Part shown: positions 27,080 to 36,098 of the stretch, piece by piece
How positions within the stretch are numbered: position 1 is the stretch's first letter
How the letters are laid out: every line of letters starts with the position of its first letter
Source: Candidatus Spongiisociaceae bacterium
Lineage (GTDB): Bacteria > Actinomycetota > Acidimicrobiia > Spongiisociales > Spongiisociaceae
Reading direction: 5' to 3'
Length of the DNA: 64,000 bases
Assembly: GCA_965202665.1 (NCBI GenBank)
Contig: OZ241841.1
Coordinates: 864,001-928,000, forward strand
Notes under the pieces: generated by a model
The model's input: the letters and a program-made list of their open reading frames with translations, nothing else
What the model was told of the DNA's origin: nothing
Databases searched by the model: none
Program-made: the position numbers and the translations under genes

Positions 27080-28249
27080 CTACCGGACCGCTCCCGACCT
27101 TCGCAGTCTACCAACCGCCCCGGGCGGGAAACCGGCCTCGGCCAAAATCTGGTCGGTGTCCGCCCCGGGACGGGGAGCGGGGGCGGGCGGGGGCGGGGAG
27201 GTGCGGGAAAAACGGGGGGCGGGAGCGGGTTGCGGCCGCCCGTCCACTTCGGCGAACAGGGAACGGGCCCGGTTGTGGGGGTGGCGGCGGGCCTCGCTCA
27301 TGGTCAGCACCGGGGAAACGCAGGCGTCGCCCTCGGAGAAAAAATCGGTCCATTCCCGCCGGGTGCGGGAGGCGAAGGCCCCGGCCAGGCGGGCCCGCAA
27401 CGGCGGCCACGCCGCGGGCTCCCGGGGGTCGCCCAAATCGGAGCCGTCCACCCCCAGCCGTTCCAGCAACTCGGCCAAAAACTGCGGCTCCAAAGCCCCC
27501 ACCGCCATATATTCCCCGTCGGCCGTCTCATAGACATCGTAAAACGGGGCCCCGGTGTCCAACAAGTTGCTCCCCCGCCGGTCGCTCCACATCCCGCGCG
27601 CCGCCCAGTCGTGGGTCATGGTCATCAGCAGGGCCGCCCCGTCCACCATTGCCGCGTCCACCACCTGCCCCTTCCCCGAGCGGCGGGCTTCCAGCAGGGC
27701 GGCCAGCGCCCCCACCGCCAGCAACATCCCTCCCCCGCCGAAGTCGCCCACCAGGTTGATGGGCGGGGTGGGCGGCCCGCCCGCCCGTCCCATATGGGCC
27801 AGGGCCCCCGCCAGGGCGATGTAGTTGATGTCATGCCCGGCGGCGGGGGCCAGCGGGCCGGTTTGCCCCCAGCCGGTCACCCTCCCGTACACCAGCCGGG
27901 GGTTGCGCTCCCAGCATTGCCGGGGGCCGATCCCCAGCCGTTCCGCCACTCCGGGCCGGAAACCTTCCAGCAGGATGTCGGAGGAGGCGGCCAAAGCCAG
28001 CGCCACCTCCGCTCCGCCGGTTTGCTTCAAATCCACCACGATGGAACGTTTGCCCCGGTTCATCATCTCCGGATGGTCGGCGGTTGGCGCGGCGGGCGGA
28101 GCGGCGGCTGCGGCGGCGACGGGGGCGGACGGGCGGTCCACCCGCACCACCGACGCCCCCAGGTCGGCCAGCACCATCCCCGCAAACGGAGCCGGTCCCA
28201 CTCCGGCCAACTCCACCACCCGCACCCCGGCCAGCGGGCCGCCCATCAC
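27080..28249 (-). CDS. CaiB/BaiF family III CoA-transferase (alpha-methylacyl-CoA racemase-like)
   Basis: NRGKRS, EGFRPGVAERLG, GHDINY, GDFGGG. Confidence 0.92.
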   Translation of the reverse strand: MMGGPLAGVRVVELAGVGPAPFAGMVLADLGASVVRVDRPSAPVAAAAAAPPAAPTADHPEMMNRGKRSIVVDLKQTGGAEVALALAASSDILLEGFRPGVAERLGIGPRQCWERNPRLVYGRVTGWGQTGPLAPAAGHDINYIALAGALAHMGRAGGPPTPPINLVGDFGGGGMLLAVGALAALLEARRSGKGQVVDAAMVDGAALLMTMTHDWAARGMWSDRRGSNLLDTGAPFYDVYETADGEYMAVGALEPQFLAELLERLGVDGSDLGDPREPAAWPPLRARLAGAFASRTRREWTDFFSEGDACVSPVLTMSEARRHPHNRARSLFAEVDGRPQPAPAPRFSRTSPPPPAPAPRPGADTDQILAEAGFPPGAVGRLRRSGAVR

Positions 28250-28270
28250 CCGCGCCCCGGCCCCGCCCCG

Positions 28271-29437
28271 CTAGGAGGAGGATTCCGGCCCGGATTCATC
28301 GGTCTCATCGGGCGGGTCGGGCCGGTCGGGGGAGGCGCGGTCGGAGCCGATCATCGACTCTTCCACCTGATGGCGTTCGATGAAAGTGGACACGAAGGCC
28401 TGCAGGGTGGCGGTGGCGGGCAAGGCGATTAGAGCCCCCACCACCCCCAGCAGGGCCGCCCCCACCAGCACCGACCCGAAAGCCACCGCCGGATGCAACG
28501 ACATCGTGCCCGCGGTGATGCGGGGGGCCAGCAACAAGTTTTCTATCTGTTGGTAGACCACCAACACCGCCAACACGATGACGGCGCTGCGCACCGAATC
28601 GCCGAGCGCCACCAAAGTGGGGGCCACCGCCGCCAGGTAGGTGCCCACCGCCGGCACGAACTGGGAAACCACCCCCACCCAGATGGACAGGGCCAACGCG
28701 AATTCCACTCCGATGATGCGCAACGCGACATAAGTGAAGATGGCCGAAGCCAAAGCCAGCAAAGCCCGGGAGTAAACGTAGCCGCCGGTTTTGTCGATGG
28801 CGATCTCCCACATGCGGGCGATTTCCTTCTGACGGCCGGGGCGGAAAACCGACAACAACATCCGCCGCCAGCGGGGGCCGTCGGCCAGCAGGTAGAAAGT
28901 GAACAGGCCGATGGTCAGCATCTGCACCACCAGGCTCAGCACCCGGGAGCCCAATCCCAGGGCGCTGTTGGCCAGGGTGCCCGCGTAACTTTGCAGGGTT
29001 CCCTGCAGGTTGCTGAGGCTGTCGGTCAGGTTGGACAAGTTGATGGACAGGTTGAAGCGGTTGTTCAGCCAGTCGGTGACGGTGGTGACCCAATTGGGAA
29101 TTTCCGACACCAGGTTGCCGATCTGGGTAACCAGGGGGGGAAGGGTGACGGCTACGAACAGGGCCCCCACTATGGCCGCTCCCAGGAACACCACCGCGGT
29201 GGCCAAGCCCCGTTTCCAACCCCGGCGGGCCAAAAAGACCACCGCGGGCTCCAAAGCGAAAGACAGGAACAGCGCCACCAACAGGTTGATGAGCACCCCA
29301 CGCATCCGCCCCAAAGCCCAGAACGCGAAATAGGCGACGGCCAGCGACCCGATGACCAAGAAGACCAGGCGGGGAATCCAAGGGGGCATCCCGTCGCGGG
29401 CCGGCGCCGCCGGGCGAGGCCCCTGTTCCATGCTCAT
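28271..29437 (-). CDS. AI-2E family transporter
   Basis: Multi-TM; YQQIENLLLAPRI, LHPAV, GALIALP. Confidence 0.88.
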   Translation of the reverse strand: MSMEQGPRPAAPARDGMPPWIPRLVFLVIGSLAVAYFAFWALGRMRGVLINLLVALFLSFALEPAVVFLARRGWKRGLATAVVFLGAAIVGALFVAVTLPPLVTQIGNLVSEIPNWVTTVTDWLNNRFNLSINLSNLTDSLSNLQGTLQSYAGTLANSALGLGSRVLSLVVQMLTIGLFTFYLLADGPRWRRMLLSVFRPGRQKEIARMWEIAIDKTGGYVYSRALLALASAIFTYVALRIIGVEFALALSIWVGVVSQFVPAVGTYLAAVAPTLVALGDSVRSAVIVLAVLVVYQQIENLLLAPRITAGTMSLHPAVAFGSVLVGAALLGVVGALIALPATATLQAFVSTFIERHQVEESMIGSDRASPDRPDPPDETDESGPESSS

Positions 29438-29515
29438 CCTCCTCGCATCTGGGTCGCCGATCGGATTATTCTGGGCAACGAAAACTCAACTTTAGCAAGC
29501 CGGCGGGAGGTCGGA

Positions 29516-31492
29516 ATGAACAAACCGGGCGGGTCGTCGGAGATTGCGTGGCGGGCGGGACCGGAAGATTTGGCCCGTTCCCGCACCGCCGAATTCATGG
29601 CCCGGCACGGGATAGCCTCCTACGGGGAACTGCTGGCCCGCTCCACCGAGGACATCCGCTGGTTCTGGTCGGCGGCGGCGGACTACCTGGGCGTCCCCTT
29701 CGCCGAGCCCTACCGGCAAGTGCTGGACGAGACGGAGGGCCCGGCCTTCCCGAAATGGTTCACCGGCGGGGTGATCAACATGTCCGCCGCCTGCCTGGAC
29801 CGCTGGGCCGCCCTCACCCCGCACCGTACGGCCCTGGTGGCGGAACGGGAGGACGGTTCCCGTTCCTCCTTCACTTTCGGGGAGTTGCTGGAGATGGTGG
29901 AGCGTACGGCCGGGGCCCTGGCCGAGGCGGGCGCGGGGCGCGGGGACGCGGTTGCCGCCTACCTGCCGATGTCGGAGACGGCGGTGGCGTGCATGCTGGC
30001 CGCCGCCCGCCTCGGGGCGGTGTTCGTGCCCATCTTCTCCGGATACGGACCGGAGGCGGTGGCGGAGCGTCTGGCCGCCGCCCGCCCGGCGGCGCTGGTA
30101 ACCGCCGACGGCTATACCCGTCGGGGGCGGCCGGTGGCGATGAAGGAAGTAGCCGACCGGGCCTCGGAGATCTCCGGCTTTCCCCCCGCTACGCTGGTGG
30201 TTTCCTACGCGGGGCGGTCCGATGTGCCTTGGACGGCCGGACGGGACCGTTCCTTTGAGCGGGCTTTGGAGGCCGCCGAGCGACGGGAACCGGCCGCCAC
30301 TTCCAGCGAGGACCCGGTGTTGCTGGTCTACACCTCGGGCACCACCGGCCAGCCGAAGGGGGTGGTGCACGTGCACGGCGGGCTGACCGTGAAACTGGCC
30401 GCGGAGGGGGCTTTCCAGTTCGAAATGCGCACCGAAGACCGGGTGATGTGGGTGACGGACATGGGATGGGTGATGGGTCCGTGGTCGGTGGTGGCGGGCC
30501 TGGCCAACGGGGCCTCGGTGGGTTGCTACGACGGGGCGCCCGACTTCCCCGACCCGGGCCGGGTTTGGCGCCTGGCGGAGTCGCTGGGTTTGACGGTGCT
30601 CGGCGTCTCCCCCACCCTCGTCCGGGCGCTGCAACCGCATGGGGCGGAAGCGGCCCGGGCCGCCGACCTGTCCCGGTTGCGGGCTTTCGGTTCCACCGGC
30701 GAACCGTGGAATCCCGACCCATGGTGGTGGCTGTTCCGGGAAGTGGGCGGGGAGCGCATCCCCATCATCAACATTTCCGGAGGGACCGAAGCGGGGGCCT
30801 GTTTTCTGTCCGCCCACATCATGCAAGGTCTGAAACCGACCTCGGTGGGCGGTCCCTCCCCCGGAATGGCGATGGAGGTTTACAACGGGGAGGGGCGGCC
30901 GGTGCGGGGGGAGGTGGGGGAACTGGTGTGCGTCAAAACCTGGCCCGGGATCACCCGCGGCTTCTGGGGCGGGGATGACCGGTACTTCTCCACCTACTGG
31001 GGGAGGTGGCCCAATGTTTGGGTGCACGGCGACTGGGCTTCGGTGGACGAAGACGGGTTCTGGTTCCTGCACGGGCGCTCCGACGACACCCTGAACGTGG
31101 GAGGGAAACGGGTGGGGCCGGCCGAGATCGAATCGGCGGCGGTGGAAATGCCGGAGGTGATGATGGCGGCCGCGGTGGGAATACCCGATCCGATCAAAGG
31201 GGAGTCCATCGCCCTGTTCGCGGTCCCCGCCCCGGGGGTGGAACCGGACGAGAAGTTGGCGGAGGCGGTGGCGGAGGCGGTGGCCGGCCGGCTGGGGAAG
31301 GCTTTCCGTCCGGGGACGGTGCGGTTCGCGGACGACCTGCCCCGCACCCGTTCGGCGAAGATCATGCGACGGGTGGTGAAAGCCCGCGCCTTGGGCCAAC
31401 CTGCGGGCGACCTGTCCGGCTTGGAAAACCCCGCCGCCGTGGAAGCCATCCGCCCCTTACGGTCAACGCCCGATCATTCGGCGGGTTGCTGA
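29516..31492 (+). CDS. Acetate/acyl-CoA ligase (Acs-like)
   Basis: YTSGTTGQPKG, STGEPWN, GRSDD, PRTRSAKIMRR; ATG 29516 after GGGAGG. Confidence 0.9.
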   Translation: MNKPGGSSEIAWRAGPEDLARSRTAEFMARHGIASYGELLARSTEDIRWFWSAAADYLGVPFAEPYRQVLDETEGPAFPKWFTGGVINMSAACLDRWAALTPHRTALVAEREDGSRSSFTFGELLEMVERTAGALAEAGAGRGDAVAAYLPMSETAVACMLAAARLGAVFVPIFSGYGPEAVAERLAAARPAALVTADGYTRRGRPVAMKEVADRASEISGFPPATLVVSYAGRSDVPWTAGRDRSFERALEAAERREPAATSSEDPVLLVYTSGTTGQPKGVVHVHGGLTVKLAAEGAFQFEMRTEDRVMWVTDMGWVMGPWSVVAGLANGASVGCYDGAPDFPDPGRVWRLAESLGLTVLGVSPTLVRALQPHGAEAARAADLSRLRAFGSTGEPWNPDPWWWLFREVGGERIPIINISGGTEAGACFLSAHIMQGLKPTSVGGPSPGMAMEVYNGEGRPVRGEVGELVCVKTWPGITRGFWGGDDRYFSTYWGRWPNVWVHGDWASVDEDGFWFLHGRSDDTLNVGGKRVGPAEIESAAVEMPEVMMAAAVGIPDPIKGESIALFAVPAPGVEPDEKLAEAVAEAVAGRLGKAFRPGTVRFADDLPRTRSAKIMRRVVKARALGQPAGDLSGLENPAAVEAIRPLRSTPDHSAGC

Positions 31493-31860
31493 GTCCGGGG
31501 GCGGTTCTTTTTCTTGTTCTTCTTTTTGGATTTGCGGGCTTGGGCGGCGCTTTCGGCAACCAGGGCGGCGATCCGGGAAAGGAAAGCCAAAAACAGGCCG
31601 ATGCCGGCCAGGATGAAGAAAACGGTAACCAGTTTGCCGGCGGCGGTAACCGGGGCGAAGTCCCCGTAACCGACCGTGGTCATCGTGATAATCACAAAGT
31701 AGAAGCTGTCCAGCACGCTCCAGCCCTCCACCCGGTTGTAGAACAGGACGCCCAAAAGAATCAGGACCAGCACCGAGGACAGCAGCACCCGGAACTCCGG
31801 GTCGGTCCATCCCATGCGGATCGCCCGGCCCAAATGCCGAAAAGCCACCAACAGCAACAT
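31474..31860 (-). CDS. Two-TM potassium channel family protein
   Basis: Selectivity filter TTVGYGD between two TM helices. Confidence 0.9.
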   Translation of the reverse strand: MLLLVAFRHLGRAIRMGWTDPEFRVLLSSVLVLILLGVLFYNRVEGWSVLDSFYFVIITMTTVGYGDFAPVTAAGKLVTVFFILAGIGLFLAFLSRIAALVAESAAQARKSKKKNKKKNRPRTQQPAE

Positions 31861-31950
31861 GGCCGCCAGGCTACCCGCTAAGCATTTTTTTCGCGTTCTT
31901 GCGCGATCATCGCATATTCGGAGAATTCGCCCGCGCCCGCCCCCGCCCGC

Positions 31951-32265
31951 TCAACGGGATTGCCGGGCGATCACGTAGCGGGAGACCAGGAGAATTTGCT
32001 CCTCGGTCAGAGTGCGGCGAAAGGCGGGCATGCGGCCGATGCCGCTGGAAATCGCCTGCGTAAAATAGGTTTCGGGGCGGCCCACCGAGTCGGCCCCCTC
32101 CCCCGCTAGGGGAGGCCCCTGTCCCCCCAGCAGGTCATCGCCGTGGCAACGGGCGCACACCGCCCGGTATATTTCCGGCCCGTCGGCGTCCACCGGAACC
32201 CCCCCTCCCCCGCAGGCGGCCAACGTCAGAACCGCGGTTGCGACGGCGGCCGCCGCCATTCTCAT
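31951..32265 (-). CDS. Monoheme cytochrome c lipoprotein
   Basis: Lipobox LAAC, CARCH heme motif, MPAF distal Met; the true gene is only the last 104 aa of the long antisense ORF. Confidence 0.85.
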   Translation of the reverse strand: MRMAAAAVATAVLTLAACGGGGVPVDADGPEIYRAVCARCHGDDLLGGQGPPLAGEGADSVGRPETYFTQAISSGIGRMPAFRRTLTEEQILLVSRYVIARQSR

Positions 32266-32448
32266 CCCCTTGGGACCCGCCACCTCACCTGCCTTTCCGG
32301 TGGGGACAACTTTAGCATGGGGCGCAAATTTTATTCTCCTCCGTTCAGAATGGTAAAGTAGGGCAAAGGAAAGTTGTCGGCAGTCGGGTCGCCCGTCGCC
32401 GCTCCGGGCAGGGCGCGGCCGACCGCCCTTACTAAGGAGATGGGGCGC

Positions 32449-35046
32449 ATGACGCTTATTGACCGAAGAACCGTCCATTTCACTCTCAATGGACAAGAAG
32501 TCTCGGTGCGCGACGACCATCCCCACCTGCTGGCCGCGTTGCGGGAAGAACTGGACATCACCTCCCCTAAAGACGGGTGCTCGCCGTCCGGCCAGTGCGG
32601 ATGTTGCACGGTGTTGCTCAACGGCCGGGCGGCGATCAGTTGCGTGACCAGCCTGGAAAAAGCCGCGGGAGGCGAAGTGGTCACCCTGGAGGGTTTCGAC
32701 CCGGCGGAACGGGACCGTTTGGCCTCCGCCTTCGCCGCCGCCGGGGCCCTGCAATGCGGATTCTGCACCCCCGGCATCTTGGTGCGCGCCAAAGCCCTGC
32801 TGGACCGCAAAGGCTCCGCCCTCACCGGCCGGGGGGCCTGCGGACAGTTGGGGGCCCATCTGTGCCGCTGCACCGGCTACATCAAAATTTTCGACGCCAT
32901 TGACATGTTGGCCGCCGGGGAAACCCCCTCTTTGGAAACGGCCGCCGGAATCGGCAAAACCGGCGTCAAATACGAGGGGGTGGAGTTGGCCTTGGGCGAA
33001 CGGGACTACATAGACGATATGAGGGTGGAGGGCCTTTTGCACGCCGCCCTGCGCCTCACCGACCACGCCCGGGCCGACGTGCTGTCCATCGACGTATCCG
33101 CCGCGTTGGAAACGGAGGGCGTAGAGGCCGTCTTCACCGCCGCCGACGTCCCCGGCGAGTTGCGGGTGGGGCTCATCCACCGGGACTGGCCGGTGTTCAT
33201 CCCGGAGGGGGGGCGCACCTCCTACTACGGGGACGTGCTGGCCGTGGTAGTGGCCGAAGACCGCCTCACTGCCCGCGCCGCCGCCGAAAAAGTGCAGGTG
33301 GAGTACCGCGTACTGGAGCCGTTCACCGACCCGGAGGTTGCAGTCGCCTCCGACGAAGACGCGGTGTGGGGCTTGGAGGGCAACGTCCTGTCCGTCTCCA
33401 AATACGCCCGGGGGGACTTTGCGTCCGCCTACCAGGCATCCGCCCATCAAGTACATGAAACCTTCATCACGCAACGGGTGGAACACGCCTTCTTGGAACC
33501 GGAATCCACCTTGGCCGTCCCCGACGAGGACGGAAACATGATGGTCTATTCGGGCGGGCAGGGGGTGTGGGACGACCGCGACCAGATCGCTTCCGTGCTG
33601 GGAGTGGACCCGTCCCGCATCACCGTGGAACTGGTTTCCAACGGGGGGGCCTTCGGCGGCAAGGAGGACATGGCCAACCAAGCCCAGACGGCCCTGGCCG
33701 CCCACCTGCTGGGCCGTCCGGTGAAATGCACCCTGTCCCGCGAGGAATCCCTGCGCATCCACACCAAGCGCCACCCCATCCGCATCGAAATGCAGGCCGG
33801 GTGCGACGCCGACGGCAAACTCACTTCGTTGAAGGCCCGCATGCTGGGCGACTCCGGGGCCTACGCCTCGGTGGGAATGAAAGTGCTGGAAAGGGCGGCC
33901 GGGCACGCCTCCGGCCCCTACGTGGTTCCCAACATCGACGTGGAGGCGGTGGCGGCCCGCACCAACAATCCGATCGGCGGGGCCTTCCGGGGGTTCGGGG
34001 CCAACCAGGCCCAGTTCGCCATGGAGGGGGTGATGGACCGGCTGGCCGAAAAAGCGGGGATCAGCGGCTGGGAGATGCGCAACCGCAACGCCATCGAGCC
34101 GGGGGTGGTTTGGGGGCCGGGCCAGGTGATGGACGACGGTTGCCGGGGGGTGCGGGAATGCCTGAACGCCGTCAAACCGCACTACGACCAAGCCCGGGCG
34201 GAGGGCAAGGCGGTGGGGGTGGGCTTGGGTCTGAAAAACAGCGGGTTGGGCAACGGTTTCAAAGAGACGGCCCGGGCGACGGTTCGCTTCAGCGACAACG
34301 GGGCCGCCCATCAGGTGGAGGTGCGGCACTGCTGGACGGAGATGGGCCAGGGCGTCCACACCGTGGCCCAGCAAGTGGCGGCCGAGGAACTGGGGGTGGA
34401 CCCGGCCCTGGTGAAAGTGGTGGTGGACACCACCCGGGAGTTGGGGGCCGGACAAACCACCGGTTCCCGGGGCACGCTGATGGGAGCGGGGGCCGTCCAA
34501 GACGCCTGCCGCAAAGCGAACGCCGACGGTCGCCGACCGGGCGTGGATTACTACGGCGAATACCGGGTGGACTGGACCAACTCCCTCAGCGAAGGGGTTC
34601 CCAACCCGGTCATCCACTCCGCCTTCGGCTACGCCGCCCAACTGGTGATCGCCGACCCGCAAACCGGCAAGATAGAAAAAGTGATCGCCGCCCACGATGT
34701 GGGGCGGGCCGTCCACCCGGCGCTGTGCGAAGGCCAAATTGAGGGGTCGGTGCATATGGGGCTGGGATACGCCCTCACCGAGGATTTCCCCGCCGACGAA
34801 CAGTCCCGGCCCACCAATATGACCCTGCGCAGCCTGGGCATCATCCGCCCCAAGGATATGCCGGAGGTGGAGGTGATTCTGGTGGAGGTTCCCCAGCCCC
34901 GCGCCCCCTACGGAATCAAAGGGGTGGGGGAAATCGGCTTGGTGCCCACCGCCGGCGCGGTGGCCGCCGCCCTGTACGAAGTGGACGGACGGCGGCGCAA
35001 CCGCCTGCCGATGTCGGTGAATCCGCCGGCGGCGGCGGGCCCCTGA
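32449..35046 (+). CDS. Xanthine dehydrogenase family molybdoenzyme with fused 2Fe-2S domain (selenium-dependent Xdh/XdhD-like)
   Basis: DGCSPSGQCGCC, QCGFCTPG, CRCTGY, GGAFGGK, AFRGFG, EMGQG, KGVGE; SD AAGGAG 32434-32439. Confidence 0.9.
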   Translation: MTLIDRRTVHFTLNGQEVSVRDDHPHLLAALREELDITSPKDGCSPSGQCGCCTVLLNGRAAISCVTSLEKAAGGEVVTLEGFDPAERDRLASAFAAAGALQCGFCTPGILVRAKALLDRKGSALTGRGACGQLGAHLCRCTGYIKIFDAIDMLAAGETPSLETAAGIGKTGVKYEGVELALGERDYIDDMRVEGLLHAALRLTDHARADVLSIDVSAALETEGVEAVFTAADVPGELRVGLIHRDWPVFIPEGGRTSYYGDVLAVVVAEDRLTARAAAEKVQVEYRVLEPFTDPEVAVASDEDAVWGLEGNVLSVSKYARGDFASAYQASAHQVHETFITQRVEHAFLEPESTLAVPDEDGNMMVYSGGQGVWDDRDQIASVLGVDPSRITVELVSNGGAFGGKEDMANQAQTALAAHLLGRPVKCTLSREESLRIHTKRHPIRIEMQAGCDADGKLTSLKARMLGDSGAYASVGMKVLERAAGHASGPYVVPNIDVEAVAARTNNPIGGAFRGFGANQAQFAMEGVMDRLAEKAGISGWEMRNRNAIEPGVVWGPGQVMDDGCRGVRECLNAVKPHYDQARAEGKAVGVGLGLKNSGLGNGFKETARATVRFSDNGAAHQVEVRHCWTEMGQGVHTVAQQVAAEELGVDPALVKVVVDTTRELGAGQTTGSRGTLMGAGAVQDACRKANADGRRPGVDYYGEYRVDWTNSLSEGVPNPVIHSAFGYAAQLVIADPQTGKIEKVIAAHDVGRAVHPALCEGQIEGSVHMGLGYALTEDFPADEQSRPTNMTLRSLGIIRPKDMPEVEVILVEVPQPRAPYGIKGVGEIGLVPTAGAVAAALYEVDGRRRNRLPMSVNPPAAAGP

Positions 35047-35052
35047 AACCGG

Positions 35053-36078
35053 GTGTCGGCGCCCGTCACCCCCGGACTGGTCTGCGCCCACCATCATCTC
35101 TATTCCGCCCTGGCCCGGGGAATGCCGCCCCCGCCCCGCACCCCGTCCAACTTCCGGGAGATACTGGAGCAGATCTGGTGGCGCCTGGACGCGGCCCTGG
35201 ACTTGGAAATGATCTACCATTCGGCCCGGCTGGGGGCGCTGGAAGCTTTGGAAGCGGGAACCACCGGCATCGTCGACCACCACGAATCCCCCAACGCCAT
35301 CGAAGGTTCCCTGTCCGCTATTCGGGAGGCGTGCGCCGAAGTGGGAGTGCGGGTGCTCGCCTGCTACGGGGTTACCGACCGGCACGGCCCGGACGGGGCC
35401 CGCCGCGGTTTGGAGGAAAACCGCCGTTACCTGTCGGAGGGCGGGCCGGGGATGGTGGGGGCGCACGCCGCCTTCACCTGCTCCGACGATACCTTGCGAG
35501 GAGCGGCCGAGTTGGCCGAAGAGATGGGGCGCGGGGTGCACATCCACGTCGCGGAAGGCCCGGAGGATCGGGACGCCCCGGCCCGGCTGGAGGGCCTCAC
35601 CGGGGACTCGTGGCTGCTGGCGCACTGCGTCCATCTGCCCACCGGCCACCAATTGGCGGGAACCGTCCTGCACAACCCCCGTTCCAACCTGAACAACGCG
35701 GTGGGCTACGCCGACCCGGCCCGTTTCGCCAATCCGGTGGCTTTGGGCACCGACGGAATCGGGGCCAACATGATTGAATCCTTCCGGCTGGCCTACGTTA
35801 TGCACCGGTCAACGGACGTGACCGCCTCCCCGGAGACGGCCTGGGAATGGCTGTCCAACGGCTGGGAGCTAATGCCGGAATGCCGCACCGACCGGGTGAC
35901 GTGGAACTACGACCCGCCCGACCCGTGGCACATCGCCTTCACGGCCGGCGTGGCCCCGGTGAAAGTGGAAGTGGACGGCGAGACGGTGTTCCGAGACGGA
36001 GTCCCCACCCGGGTGGACGCCGCCGAAATACGGGCCAAAGCCCGGGAGCAGGCCGCCCGCCTGCACGCCCGGTTGTAG
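35053..36078 (+). CDS. ssnA: SsnA-like amidohydrolase
   Basis: CAHHHLYSALARG, WWRLD, DHHESP, HIHVAEG, LGTDG; adjacent to xdh and ygfK-like genes. Confidence 0.8.
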   Translation: MSAPVTPGLVCAHHHLYSALARGMPPPPRTPSNFREILEQIWWRLDAALDLEMIYHSARLGALEALEAGTTGIVDHHESPNAIEGSLSAIREACAEVGVRVLACYGVTDRHGPDGARRGLEENRRYLSEGGPGMVGAHAAFTCSDDTLRGAAELAEEMGRGVHIHVAEGPEDRDAPARLEGLTGDSWLLAHCVHLPTGHQLAGTVLHNPRSNLNNAVGYADPARFANPVALGTDGIGANMIESFRLAYVMHRSTDVTASPETAWEWLSNGWELMPECRTDRVTWNYDPPDPWHIAFTAGVAPVKVEVDGETVFRDGVPTRVDAAEIRAKAREQAARLHARL

Positions 36079-36098
36079 GACGGGAGGCGGGGAAGGCA

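Noticed and set aside
28493-29515. N-terminal extension of the acyl-CoA ligase (999-aa ORF)
   Set aside because: Antisense to the AI-2E transporter; real start at 29516
31951-35805. 1284-aa minus-strand ORF
   Set aside because: Antisense shadow of xdh/ssnA in high-GC DNA; only the last 104 aa (cytochrome c) look real
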